Shown in pieces: positions 38,630 to 46,655 of a stretch of DNA of 58,734 bases (position 1 is the stretch's first letter; each line of letters opens with the position of its first letter). The position numbers were made by a program, and so were the translations under genes. The DNA lies in contig JAHYJP010000003.1 of the NCBI GenBank assembly GCA_019429055.1, positions 1 to 58,734 of the forward strand. The letters run 5' to 3'. The notes under the pieces were generated by a model, which did no database searches, was not told the DNA's origin, and worked only from the letters and a program-made list of their open reading frames with translations. The DNA is from Bacteroidales bacterium. GTDB taxonomy: Bacteria; Bacteroidota; Bacteroidia; Bacteroidales; UBA7960.

Positions 38630-39499
38630 ATAAGGATAGGTAAATACTGAAATTAAGATAATTATAGTTCCCAGATAAAACCCGCCCGACATTCTTTCCG
38701 TTTCGCCGAAGAAAAGGAAAGCCAGGAAAATACCATAGACCGGTTCAAGATTTACCGCCAGTACCACTGAATAGGCCGTTAACTCCTTCATAATCTCTAC
38801 TATGGCAGCAAATGCATATGATGTACACAAAAAGCTAAGCACCAGTATCCACAAAAGGTCCTGCGATGTCATGTCTGATAAATGTAATGACATTGTGCCT
38901 GCAATGATAAGGAATACAGTTATTCCGGCAAATCCCCCGATCATTTCATAATAGCTTATCAGGGCAGGATTCCACCTGCGGCTTATATTCCGGTTCAGAA
39001 CCACAAACAAACCGTTGAGAAAGGCTGATAAAAGTGAGAACAGGATTCCCTCCACATATTCCATTTCATACTGAAAAATGAGGTAAATTCCGAAAATTAT
39101 CACGAACCCTATAAGAACTTCCAGCCACAGTATTTTTCTTTTTTGAAGCACCGGTTCCAGAAAACTGGTAAACAAAGTTGTGGATGCAAATACACCAAGT
39201 GTAACCGAAACATTTGAAACTTTTATGGCATGAAAAAAAGTGATCCAGTGCAGGGCAACAAGAAGGCCTATAAGGTAGAGATGTATTTGTTCCTTTAGCG
39301 GCAGCCAGATTTTTACTCCTTTTAACCTGAGATAAACAAACAGACCAATGGCAGCAAAAAACATTCTCAACCACACCAATGGAATGGCATCTATGGTAAT
39401 TAATGCTCCCAGTATGGCTGTAAATCCAAGCAAAACCACAATAAAATGCAAATGAGCATACTGTCTGTATAGTTTTACATCAGTCATTTCTGTCGCCAA
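38597..39499 (-). CDS. DMT-superfamily (EamA-like) transporter
   Basis: 300-aa ORF with 10 predicted TM helices in two repeats of 5, which is the typical EamA duplication. Confidence 0.75.
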   Translation of the reverse strand: MATEMTDVKLYRQYAHLHFIVVLLGFTAILGALITIDAIPLVWLRMFFAAIGLFVYLRLKGVKIWLPLKEQIHLYLIGLLVALHWITFFHAIKVSNVSVTLGVFASTTLFTSFLEPVLQKRKILWLEVLIGFVIIFGIYLIFQYEMEYVEGILFSLLSAFLNGLFVVLNRNISRRWNPALISYYEMIGGFAGITVFLIIAGTMSLHLSDMTSQDLLWILVLSFLCTSYAFAAIVEIMKELTAYSVVLAVNLEPVYGIFLAFLFFGETERMSGGFYLGTIIILISVFTYPYLKRKFSFKKF

Positions 39500-40007
39500 A
39501 AAAGTGGTTAATTATATGGATGGCATTTTGTATTCTTTTTTCTCCCTCACCGGATACTATTTCATAGTTGAAGTCATAATTTTCCAGTTCATTCTTATAC
39601 CAATCGAAGAAAAACTGACGAAGATGTGGATGCTCGCGCTGAACATCAAACTCCCAGGGTAGATCTACATCGCAGAGCAGGTAAAGATCACAGGGGTTCT
39701 TTTCTATTTGCTCCAGTATCCACGGATGACAGTTTTTGTACTTATGTAAACTCCACACCTTGGTTACGATCAGTTCGGTATCGCAAAAAAGAAACCGGTT
39801 CGCATTTAACATAGATTTCCTTTCATTCATAAGCTGGTTTTCGGCAATATGAATAATGTCGTTCTGGTTGTAACTTCGCGATAAGCCGTTGATATAATCA
39901 CGCGCAAATTCAGGCACATAAACCGTTTGAAAGTGTTCTGCCAGTTGTTTTGCCAGATTTGATTTTCCTGTTGATTCAGGTCCGGTGATTGCTATTTTCT
40001 TTACCAC
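39480..40007 (-). CDS. NadR-type P-loop ATPase (nicotinamide riboside kinase-like)
   Basis: 175-aa ORF. 'KKIAITGPESTGKSNLAKQLAEHFQTVYVPEFARDY' matches the C-terminal RNK domain of NadR. It overlaps the downstream DMT gene by 20 nt. Confidence 0.7.
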   Translation of the reverse strand: MVKKIAITGPESTGKSNLAKQLAEHFQTVYVPEFARDYINGLSRSYNQNDIIHIAENQLMNERKSMLNANRFLFCDTELIVTKVWSLHKYKNCHPWILEQIEKNPCDLYLLCDVDLPWEFDVQREHPHLRQFFFDWYKNELENYDFNYEIVSGEGEKRIQNAIHIINHFFGDRND

Positions 40008-40016
40008 TTATCGTTT

Positions 40017-40274
40017 TTACTTTTGTTTTTTCTGCAAAAAAGCATTGATGATCTTCATAACAAAAACACTTTTACCGTGCTTTTCAAAAGACTTTTCAAT
40101 TTCATCTGTCAATATTTGCATAATGGTTCTGTATTCTCCAAAAATCTGTGTACTCATACCGTTTACCTCCACAATGATCTGTTCATGCATTTTCAGGCAG
40201 TCAATAAAATCCTTAATGTCAGGTATAAATTCTCTTCCAAGCGGATACATACTTATTTCTACGGATGCTTTCAT
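40017..40274 (-). CDS. MTH1187/YkoF-family (UPF0045) thiamine-binding-like small protein
   Basis: 85-aa ORF. 'ASVEISMYPLGREFIPDIKDFIDCL' and '...GMSTQIFGEY' fit the ferredoxin-like UPF0045 pattern. Confidence 0.65.
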   Translation of the reverse strand: MKASVEISMYPLGREFIPDIKDFIDCLKMHEQIIVEVNGMSTQIFGEYRTIMQILTDEIEKSFEKHGKSVFVMKIINAFLQKKQK

Positions 40275-40475
40275 AACTTCATAAGATTTATTTCAGTTTA
40301 TAAGTTTTCTGCCAGAAAATACGTATAAATTTTTTCGGGTAATACCGGCAGAAGCTTTGCTGCAAAGATAGAATTAAGATGAAAGTGTCAGAATAATATT
40401 TTTGAAAAACCTTTTGTCTCGTTTCTCTTTTAACAAAAGCCGTTTTACACATAAATCATTCAAACATTAATTTTT

Positions 40476-40483
40476 TAAATTTG
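40476..40483 (+). promoter_or_regulatory. Candidate -7 promoter box for the signalling island (TAAATTTG)
   Basis: A TAnnTTTG match 27 nt upstream of the cheR-like ATG at 40510. It sits in a 235-nt AT-rich divergent intergenic region. Confidence 0.4.
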
Positions 40484-40509
40484 CTGCGTTCTTATATAAA
40501 CTAATCGCC

Positions 40510-41361
40510 ATGAAACCATTTCCGGGGGAAGAAATAAGCATTGGTATACTGGGATTAAGAAGACTTAACCATGTAACTTCAAGGCTGTATAATTTTGATC
40601 TCAGATCTTATGCAGCCACTTCTCTAATAAGAAAAATTGAAGCTGTAATTCAAAGAAATCATCTGAAAGATATTGATGCATTGATCCATTTGCTTGAAAC
40701 CAGGAGTTCGTTTTTCCCGGTTTTTCAAAGCCAGTTGTCCTATTCCTGTTCAGAATTATTCAGAGATCCTGCCTTCTGGAGAAGTTTTCGCGATGATGTT
40801 TTACCCGTTCTTAACAAAAACAATCAAAAAATCCGGATCTGGGTAGCAGGTTGTTCTTCAGGGGAAGAAGTCTTAAGTATTGCCATTATATTATACGAAG
40901 CAGGTTTGTATGAAAAAACTTCTGTACTTGTTACCGGCTTAAATGAATTAAGCATCAGTGAAACAAGAAGAAAAACCTACCAGGATAAACAACTGGAAAT
41001 TTCTGAAAGCAACTATAAAAGATTCTCCAGTAATGAAAATGCCCCAATTTCAAGGTATCTTAACAGAAAAGATAACCGATTTGTATTTAAAGATGAACTT
41101 TACAAAAATCTGAGATACGAAGTTTTCAACGGTTCAGAAACCAATGAAATTAAGGGTTTACACCTAGTTCTGTGCAGAAATTATTTCATATATTGCACCC
41201 CGGAATACCAGAATGAAATGCTGGGTCTGTTTACCGGAAGTTTATTACCGGGTGGTTTTCTTGCAATCGGAAATAAAGAGGATATCTCCTTTTGCGATGA
41301 TTTTAGCAGATATCTGGTATTCAACAAAAAGGAAAAGATTTTTCAGAAAAGGCCCTATTGA
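40510..41361 (+). CDS. CheR-family protein-glutamate O-methyltransferase
   Basis: 283-aa ORF. 'SELFRDPAFW' corresponds to the TxFFRD motif. 'IRIWVAGCSSGEEVLSIAIIL' is the SAM-binding motif and 'LVLCRNYFIYC' is the CRNVLIYF motif. Confidence 0.85.
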   Translation: MKPFPGEEISIGILGLRRLNHVTSRLYNFDLRSYAATSLIRKIEAVIQRNHLKDIDALIHLLETRSSFFPVFQSQLSYSCSELFRDPAFWRSFRDDVLPVLNKNNQKIRIWVAGCSSGEEVLSIAIILYEAGLYEKTSVLVTGLNELSISETRRKTYQDKQLEISESNYKRFSSNENAPISRYLNRKDNRFVFKDELYKNLRYEVFNGSETNEIKGLHLVLCRNYFIYCTPEYQNEMLGLFTGSLLPGGFLAIGNKEDISFCDDFSRYLVFNKKEKIFQKRPY

Positions 41362-41402
41362 AAGGGTTTTTAATTGTAGAAAAATATACCGGGGATGCTG
41401 TT

Positions 41403-41963
41403 ATGAACTACAGACTAGTAATAATCGGGGGTTCTGCAGGGAGTTTTCAGGTTGTGAATCAGATGCTTGCAAAGTTGCCTCAGGATTTTAAAATTCCGAT
41501 AGTTCTTGTTTTACACAGGCTTAAGCATGTAAGGCATGGATTTGTTGAGGCTCTTTCCCAGAAGTCTAATTTACCTGTTATTGAACCCGAAGATAAATCG
41601 AGCATCAGGCCAGGATATGTTTATCTTGCCCCTGCCAACTATCATCTGTTTATTGAAGTGAACGGCAGATTTGCCCTTTCTACTGAAGAGCCGGTAAACC
41701 ATTCAAGGCCTGCGATTGATTTATCATTTAAAACTGCAGCTTATTGTTTCAGAGAAAAGTTAATCGGAATAATTCTTTCCGGTGCCAATAAGGATGGGGC
41801 TTATGGCCTTAAAGCTATCAAACAAACCGGAGGATTAACTATTGTTCAGGATCCGATGGAAGCACAGATCCCTGTGATGCCCATGGCGGCGATTGAAAGA
41901 ACCGGGAAGGTTGACCATATTTTTCCGGTTAATGATATATTCAGTTTTTTATGCAAATTGTAA
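41403..41963 (+). CDS. CheB-type protein-glutamate methylesterase, catalytic domain only (no receiver)
   Basis: 'LVIIGGSAGSFQ' (nucleophile Ser), 'PIVLVLHR' (His) and 'LSGANKDGAYGL' (Asp) follow the spacing of the CheB catalytic triad. The ORF track opens at TTG 41358, which would overlap the cheR stop by 4 nt. I prefer the ATG at 41403. Confidence 0.85.
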   Translation: MNYRLVIIGGSAGSFQVVNQMLAKLPQDFKIPIVLVLHRLKHVRHGFVEALSQKSNLPVIEPEDKSSIRPGYVYLAPANYHLFIEVNGRFALSTEEPVNHSRPAIDLSFKTAAYCFREKLIGIILSGANKDGAYGLKAIKQTGGLTIVQDPMEAQIPVMPMAAIERTGKVDHIFPVNDIFSFLCKL

Positions 41964-42024
41964 ACACATTTAATTATATATATAATTCTATTCAAAACAT
42001 AAAAACATTAATACCACCAAAACT

Positions 42025-42867
42025 GTGAGGTATACCAAAATTTATATTTATTTCGGATTGAAACTTTTTCTGCTGGCTATGGGATGGATCATTTTTTACC
42101 AGCTTAAATTAATGAAATATTATACTGAGTTTGTAGATTTTCCTGAGCAGGTTTATCCTTCTTTTAATCGTGTTATTATTTCAATCAGCATCCTGCTAAT
42201 CATAAGTTTTTTGATATTAACTGTATTGACATGGAAGGAGTTTATAAGGTTAAATGCAAAAAATACCATTTCAGCAGATCAGAAGTGCGGTTCCGATTCA
42301 TTAAAGTCTCATAAAGAAAAACCTTCAACAAAAGCCAATGACCAAACCAGCGAGGAATCAGTAAAAAATATTTATGAAGTCAAAAGACAAAAACTTATAA
42401 GTTGCATTGAAAAAGATGTTACCAGTTATTCGGGAAATTCTGAAAAGATTATTGGGAAAAAGATATTAAGCTGTATATCTAAGGTATACGAGCTTACGCA
42501 GGCTGAAATATTTCTTAAAGCCGGCAATGCTGAAAAAAAGACCACATTCAGGTTATTGGCTGCCTTTGCAATTCCTGTATGCGATAATGATCCGGCAGAG
42601 TTTGATTTGGGTGAAGGGTTGATTGGACAGGTTGCACAGTACGGCAAACATCATTACATTGACGAACTTCCTGAAGGTTATTTGAATGTCCGGTCAGGTC
42701 TGGGTCAGTCTGATCCCGGCTGTTTGCTGATCTTTCCCTGGAAAGATCGAAAAGGAAAAACTTTTGCAGTCGTTGAGCTGGCATCATTCAGGCCTTTCAG
42801 CCAACAGGATATTAAATTACTGGAAAGCATTTCCGAAAATCTCATCCCGTTATTTAACCTGGATTAA
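42025..42867 (+). CDS. Membrane-anchored GAF-domain protein
   Basis: 280-aa ORF with a GTG start. It has two N-terminal TM helices and a low-complexity linker. The C-terminal GAF domain 'GEGLIGQVAQYGKHHYIDELPEGYLNVRSGLG...CLLIFPW' is paralogous to the GAF domain of the next gene. Confidence 0.7.
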   Translation: MRYTKIYIYFGLKLFLLAMGWIIFYQLKLMKYYTEFVDFPEQVYPSFNRVIISISILLIISFLILTVLTWKEFIRLNAKNTISADQKCGSDSLKSHKEKPSTKANDQTSEESVKNIYEVKRQKLISCIEKDVTSYSGNSEKIIGKKILSCISKVYELTQAEIFLKAGNAEKKTTFRLLAAFAIPVCDNDPAEFDLGEGLIGQVAQYGKHHYIDELPEGYLNVRSGLGQSDPGCLLIFPWKDRKGKTFAVVELASFRPFSQQDIKLLESISENLIPLFNLD

Positions 42868-42976
42868 TCCTGCGAAAAATGCGTAAAACACAGGGATTTT
42901 CATGTTCTTTAAAAGCTATTTTTGTCTCTGTAGGTAAAACATATAGAAATGACGGTATTATTCCTTTGTTAAAACA

Positions 42977-45592
42977 ATGAATTTGAGACATATAGTCCAT
43001 CAGGAAATCATTAGTAAAAGACAGTTTGTTCTGTATTCTTTTTTTGCAGGACTTTTTTTTCTTTTACTTACATGGGCATTGGAATCAGGAAGACAGGGAC
43101 TGGGATTTAATCTGTCATCCATACGATTCATTCACTTACAGAATCCCTTGCTCATTGTGATTGTGCTGCTGCCGGTTTCTTTGGCAGTATTATCCTGGAT
43201 TTTTTACAATTACCTGGAAAGCAGGCAAAAACTTATTAATGAGTTAAAGCAGAAACTCATAATCACGGAACAAAATACACATGACATTGCCTTGTTTGCC
43301 GGGCATATTACAAACGGGAATTATGATGTAGAGTTTGATGTTGCTGATGAGTCCGATAATCTGGCATATACTCTGCTAAACCTGAGAGATAAGCTAAAGC
43401 AAAACAATGAAAAAGAATCTCTGCAAAACTGGGAGATGACCGGAAAGGATAAAATCAGCCAGATTTTGCGGATGCATACTGATCTGAATGATCTTTCTTA
43501 CGAAGTGCTGGAGGCTTTAATCCGTTATATGGGCATTTTGCAGGGTATTTTTTACATCTACGATGAAGATGTTTCCAGGCTCAGAATTTCAGCAACCTTT
43601 GCCTATAACCGCAGAAAGTTCTTACAAGCTGAAATTTCAATTGGTGAAGGACTTGTGGGTCAGGCTGCCATTGAAAGAGACATCATTTACCGTACCGAAA
43701 TACCGGAAAATTATGTTAGCATCAGTTCCGGATTAATTGGCGATAAAAAACCTCATAGTTTACTCATTGTGCCGATGTTTATGGAAGAAAAGCTTCAGGG
43801 TGCTTTTGAATTTGCTTCTGTAAAAGAATTTAAAACTCATGAAATAGCATTCATCAAATCTATAGCTGAAATTGTAGCCCGCACAGTTTTCAATCTTAAA
43901 ATCACTGAAAAGACAGAAAAACTGCTCTACGAGGCACAAACCATGACAGAGGAATTGCGGCAGAATGAAGAACAACTGCGGCAGAATGCCGAGGAAATGA
44001 TTGTAACCCAGGAGGAACTCGAAAAAGCCAATGCACACCTTGAGGAGAAGATCCAGGAAGTAAATCAGAGCCAGAAAAGGCTTTACTCGCTGCTTGAGAA
44101 TGCTTCAGAGCTGATCTTCATCTATGATCAAAACAAAAAACTGAAATATGTCAGCCCCTCGTCCCGAAATATCCTGGGCTATTCGGAAGAAGAGATGTTT
44201 GAAGAGAAAGATATGGGTCAGATTTCTGAGAACGGCAAAAGCATAATTGATCAGATGTTTGATGATCTGTTAAGGTTTCCTGGAAAATCGCAAACTATAC
44301 AGTATAGCTTCAGACATAAGAACGGGTCAACAATTTTTCTGGAAACCACCGGCCGTAATCTTTTATATGACAATGCCATAAATGGCCTGATTCTCAATAC
44401 CAGCGACATCACCGAAAGGAAAAGAGCTGAAAAGGAACAAAGAATGAGGGGGCAAATGCAAACCCTTTCCGACAACTCTCCTGATATCATCCTTAGAATT
44501 GATACTCAAAAAAATCTGTTTTATGCAAATCCGGCACTTGAAGCCTACACCGGTATAAAAGCGGAGGAAATACTCAAAAAACAAATAACTAAAACAGAGC
44601 TTCCCAGTGACCTTACCGGTGCTATTAATAAAATTGCAGATAAAGTTTGTAAAACCAGGAAAAAAATACATCAGGAAATTACATTCATGGCCACTTCTGA
44701 TAAAAAAATAATGAGCCTGAATGCTATTCCCGAATGCGGTGAGGATAACCATCTTGAAACCATATTGTTTATACTTCATGATATCAGTGAGTTAAAGGAG
44801 ATCCAGGAAGAGATAAAGCATAAGAACGCCAAAATAACCGACAGTATAAACTATGCTTTTCGTCTGCAAAATGCAATTATGCCCAGCCAGCGATTAATGA
44901 AGGAATGCTTCCCTGATTCGTTTATGTATTATCTGCCACGCGATATTGTAAGCGGAGATTTTCCCTGGCTGTATAAAAAAGATGAGTTTATTTATATTGC
45001 TGCTGTTGATTGTACAGGTCATGGTGTGCCGGGTGCCATGCTGTCGCTCATTGGCTATTTTACCCTCAACCAGATTGTAAGCCGGACTGATAATCTGAGT
45101 CCTGATGAAATTCTGCATGAAATGCATGAGGGGGTTAAGCAAACACTACGTCAGAATATGGAAGGTGCGAGTGCCAGGGACGGAATGGACATAGCATTAT
45201 GTAAAATTGATACCAAAAACAGGAAGCTGGAGTTTTCCGGAGCTCACAGGCCCCTTTATCATGTTCATGATGGCGCTTTATATGAATACAAAGGCACAAG
45301 ATCAGCAATAGGTGGAATTTCCATGCCGGGCAAACCTGAACCTGATTTTAAAAACTACAGTATTGATATTTCAGAAAATGATTTAATATACCTTTTTTCC
45401 GATGGACTGCCTGATCAGTTTGGCGGACCACACGGTACCAAATATTTACCAAAAAGAATTAAGGAGATTGTTGTTGAGAATAATGCTTTACCCATGCATA
45501 AGATCTATGACATTTTCAATAATGACTTTAAAAAATGGCTCGGAAAAGGAAACCAGATTGATGATGTTTTGCTCATAGGAATCCGCTTATGA
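42977..45592 (+). CDS. Membrane sensor PP2C (SpoIIE/RsbU/SiaA-like) Ser/Thr phosphatase: 2TM, HAMP-like, GAF, coiled coil, PAS, PAS, PP2C
   Basis: 871-aa ORF. It has TM helices at about aa 15-40 and 55-80. The GAF domain reads 'GEGLVGQAAIERDIIYRTEIPENYVSISSGL'. PAS regions surround 'LYSLLENASELIFIYD' and 'TLSDNSPDIILRID'. The PP2C metal-site motifs are 'DIVSGDFPW', 'AAVDCTGHGVPGAMLS', 'FSDGLPDQ' and 'DDVLLIGIRL'. Confidence 0.9.
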   Translation: MNLRHIVHQEIISKRQFVLYSFFAGLFFLLLTWALESGRQGLGFNLSSIRFIHLQNPLLIVIVLLPVSLAVLSWIFYNYLESRQKLINELKQKLIITEQNTHDIALFAGHITNGNYDVEFDVADESDNLAYTLLNLRDKLKQNNEKESLQNWEMTGKDKISQILRMHTDLNDLSYEVLEALIRYMGILQGIFYIYDEDVSRLRISATFAYNRRKFLQAEISIGEGLVGQAAIERDIIYRTEIPENYVSISSGLIGDKKPHSLLIVPMFMEEKLQGAFEFASVKEFKTHEIAFIKSIAEIVARTVFNLKITEKTEKLLYEAQTMTEELRQNEEQLRQNAEEMIVTQEELEKANAHLEEKIQEVNQSQKRLYSLLENASELIFIYDQNKKLKYVSPSSRNILGYSEEEMFEEKDMGQISENGKSIIDQMFDDLLRFPGKSQTIQYSFRHKNGSTIFLETTGRNLLYDNAINGLILNTSDITERKRAEKEQRMRGQMQTLSDNSPDIILRIDTQKNLFYANPALEAYTGIKAEEILKKQITKTELPSDLTGAINKIADKVCKTRKKIHQEITFMATSDKKIMSLNAIPECGEDNHLETILFILHDISELKEIQEEIKHKNAKITDSINYAFRLQNAIMPSQRLMKECFPDSFMYYLPRDIVSGDFPWLYKKDEFIYIAAVDCTGHGVPGAMLSLIGYFTLNQIVSRTDNLSPDEILHEMHEGVKQTLRQNMEGASARDGMDIALCKIDTKNRKLEFSGAHRPLYHVHDGALYEYKGTRSAIGGISMPGKPEPDFKNYSIDISENDLIYLFSDGLPDQFGGPHGTKYLPKRIKEIVVENNALPMHKIYDIFNNDFKKWLGKGNQIDDVLLIGIRL

Positions 45593-45650
45593 TCAGACTA
45601 TCAGGTTAAGATATAAAAAAAATAATCATAACTAATTGTAAATAATAGAG

Positions 45651-46244
45651 ATGGAAAAATTTGATTACAAAGAACTTGTTTACAGTTTCCATAAGGAAAT
45701 GCTGGCCAATAATTTCACACTGGTTTACGAGGGTGAAATAACGCATCAGATCACCAAAGCCTTTACTTCGCTTACCGAAAATAAGATGGATAGTTACAGC
45801 GAGGATGCAAACATGAAAAAGAAAGTATTTCACGTGATGGTAGAATGTTTGCAAAACTTAAGTAAACATGCGGAGGATATCAGAATTTTAAAAGATAAGG
45901 GTTACTCCGGAAGTGGAATTTTTATCATTGGCAGAGTGGGGCCTGATAACGAAGACTATCATGTTCTTACCGGAAATTTAATAGAAAATTCCAGGGTTCC
46001 TGAACTTACAGAATTTCTGGATAAAATAAACAATCTGGATAAAAATGGCCTGAAGGAACTTTATAAAAAGCAAATGCGCGAAGCTACACTCTCAGAAAAG
46101 GGTGGTGCAGGGCTTGGACTGATAGATATTGCAAGGAAAACCGGAGAGAAGCTCGATTACAACTTTATTGAGATTGATGAAAAAAAATCATTTTACACCT
46201 TGAGGACCAAAATTTCAAGAAAACACCAAAGCAATAATATATAA
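45651..46244 (+). CDS. SiaB-like anti-sigma-type (HATPase_c fold) protein Ser/Thr kinase
   Basis: 197-aa ORF. 'VFHVMVECLQNLSKH' resembles an N-box and 'EKGGAGLGLIDIARKTG' is a G2-box. Its size and position, between a PP2C gene and a DUF1987 gene, match the SiaB arrangement. Confidence 0.7.
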   Translation: MEKFDYKELVYSFHKEMLANNFTLVYEGEITHQITKAFTSLTENKMDSYSEDANMKKKVFHVMVECLQNLSKHAEDIRILKDKGYSGSGIFIIGRVGPDNEDYHVLTGNLIENSRVPELTEFLDKINNLDKNGLKELYKKQMREATLSEKGGAGLGLIDIARKTGEKLDYNFIEIDEKKSFYTLRTKISRKHQSNNI

Positions 46245-46249
46245 CTGAA

Positions 46250-46624
46250 ATGGAAGTAATAAAAATAAGAGGGACTGAGGATACCCCTGATGTGTTTATA
46301 GATGCTAAAAACGGGGTTTTCGAGTTTTCAGGAAGATCATTGCCTGAAGATGTTCTGAGTTTTTATGCAACGATTTTACAAACAATTGAAGAATATATCC
46401 AGAGGCCTAATCCACGTTCTGAAGTGATATTCAGGCTCGATTATTTTAATACAGCATCATCCAAAATGATTCTCGATATTTTGATATATTTTGAACACCT
46501 TTCAAAGGAAGGACACGAAGTACTGGTGAAATGGTTTTATCATGCAGATGATGAGGACATGGAAGAAGCCGGTGAAGAATATTTTGAGATTGTAGATATA
46601 CCTTACGAAATGCATAGCTACTAA
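46250..46624 (+). CDS. DUF1987 (SiaC-like) partner-switch target protein
   Basis: 124-aa ORF starting 5 nt after the kinase gene. 'IRGTEDTPDVFIDAKNGVFEFSGRSLPEDVLSFY' and 'LDYFNTASSKMILDIL' match my recollection of the DUF1987 signature. The Thr codon ACA lies at 46451-46453 (residue 68). Confidence 0.75.
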   Translation: MEVIKIRGTEDTPDVFIDAKNGVFEFSGRSLPEDVLSFYATILQTIEEYIQRPNPRSEVIFRLDYFNTASSKMILDILIYFEHLSKEGHEVLVKWFYHADDEDMEEAGEEYFEIVDIPYEMHSY

Positions 46625-46655
46625 ACTATTGTATTTCTGCTAAATTGAATCAGTC

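Noticed and set aside
40510-41963. Reading CheR/CheB as a classical chemotaxis operon
   Set aside because: There is no CheA, CheW, CheY, MCP or flagellar gene in the window, and the CheB lacks its receiver domain. The neighbours are GAF/PAS/PP2C signalling genes. I treat it as a non-chemotactic methylation module (see findings).
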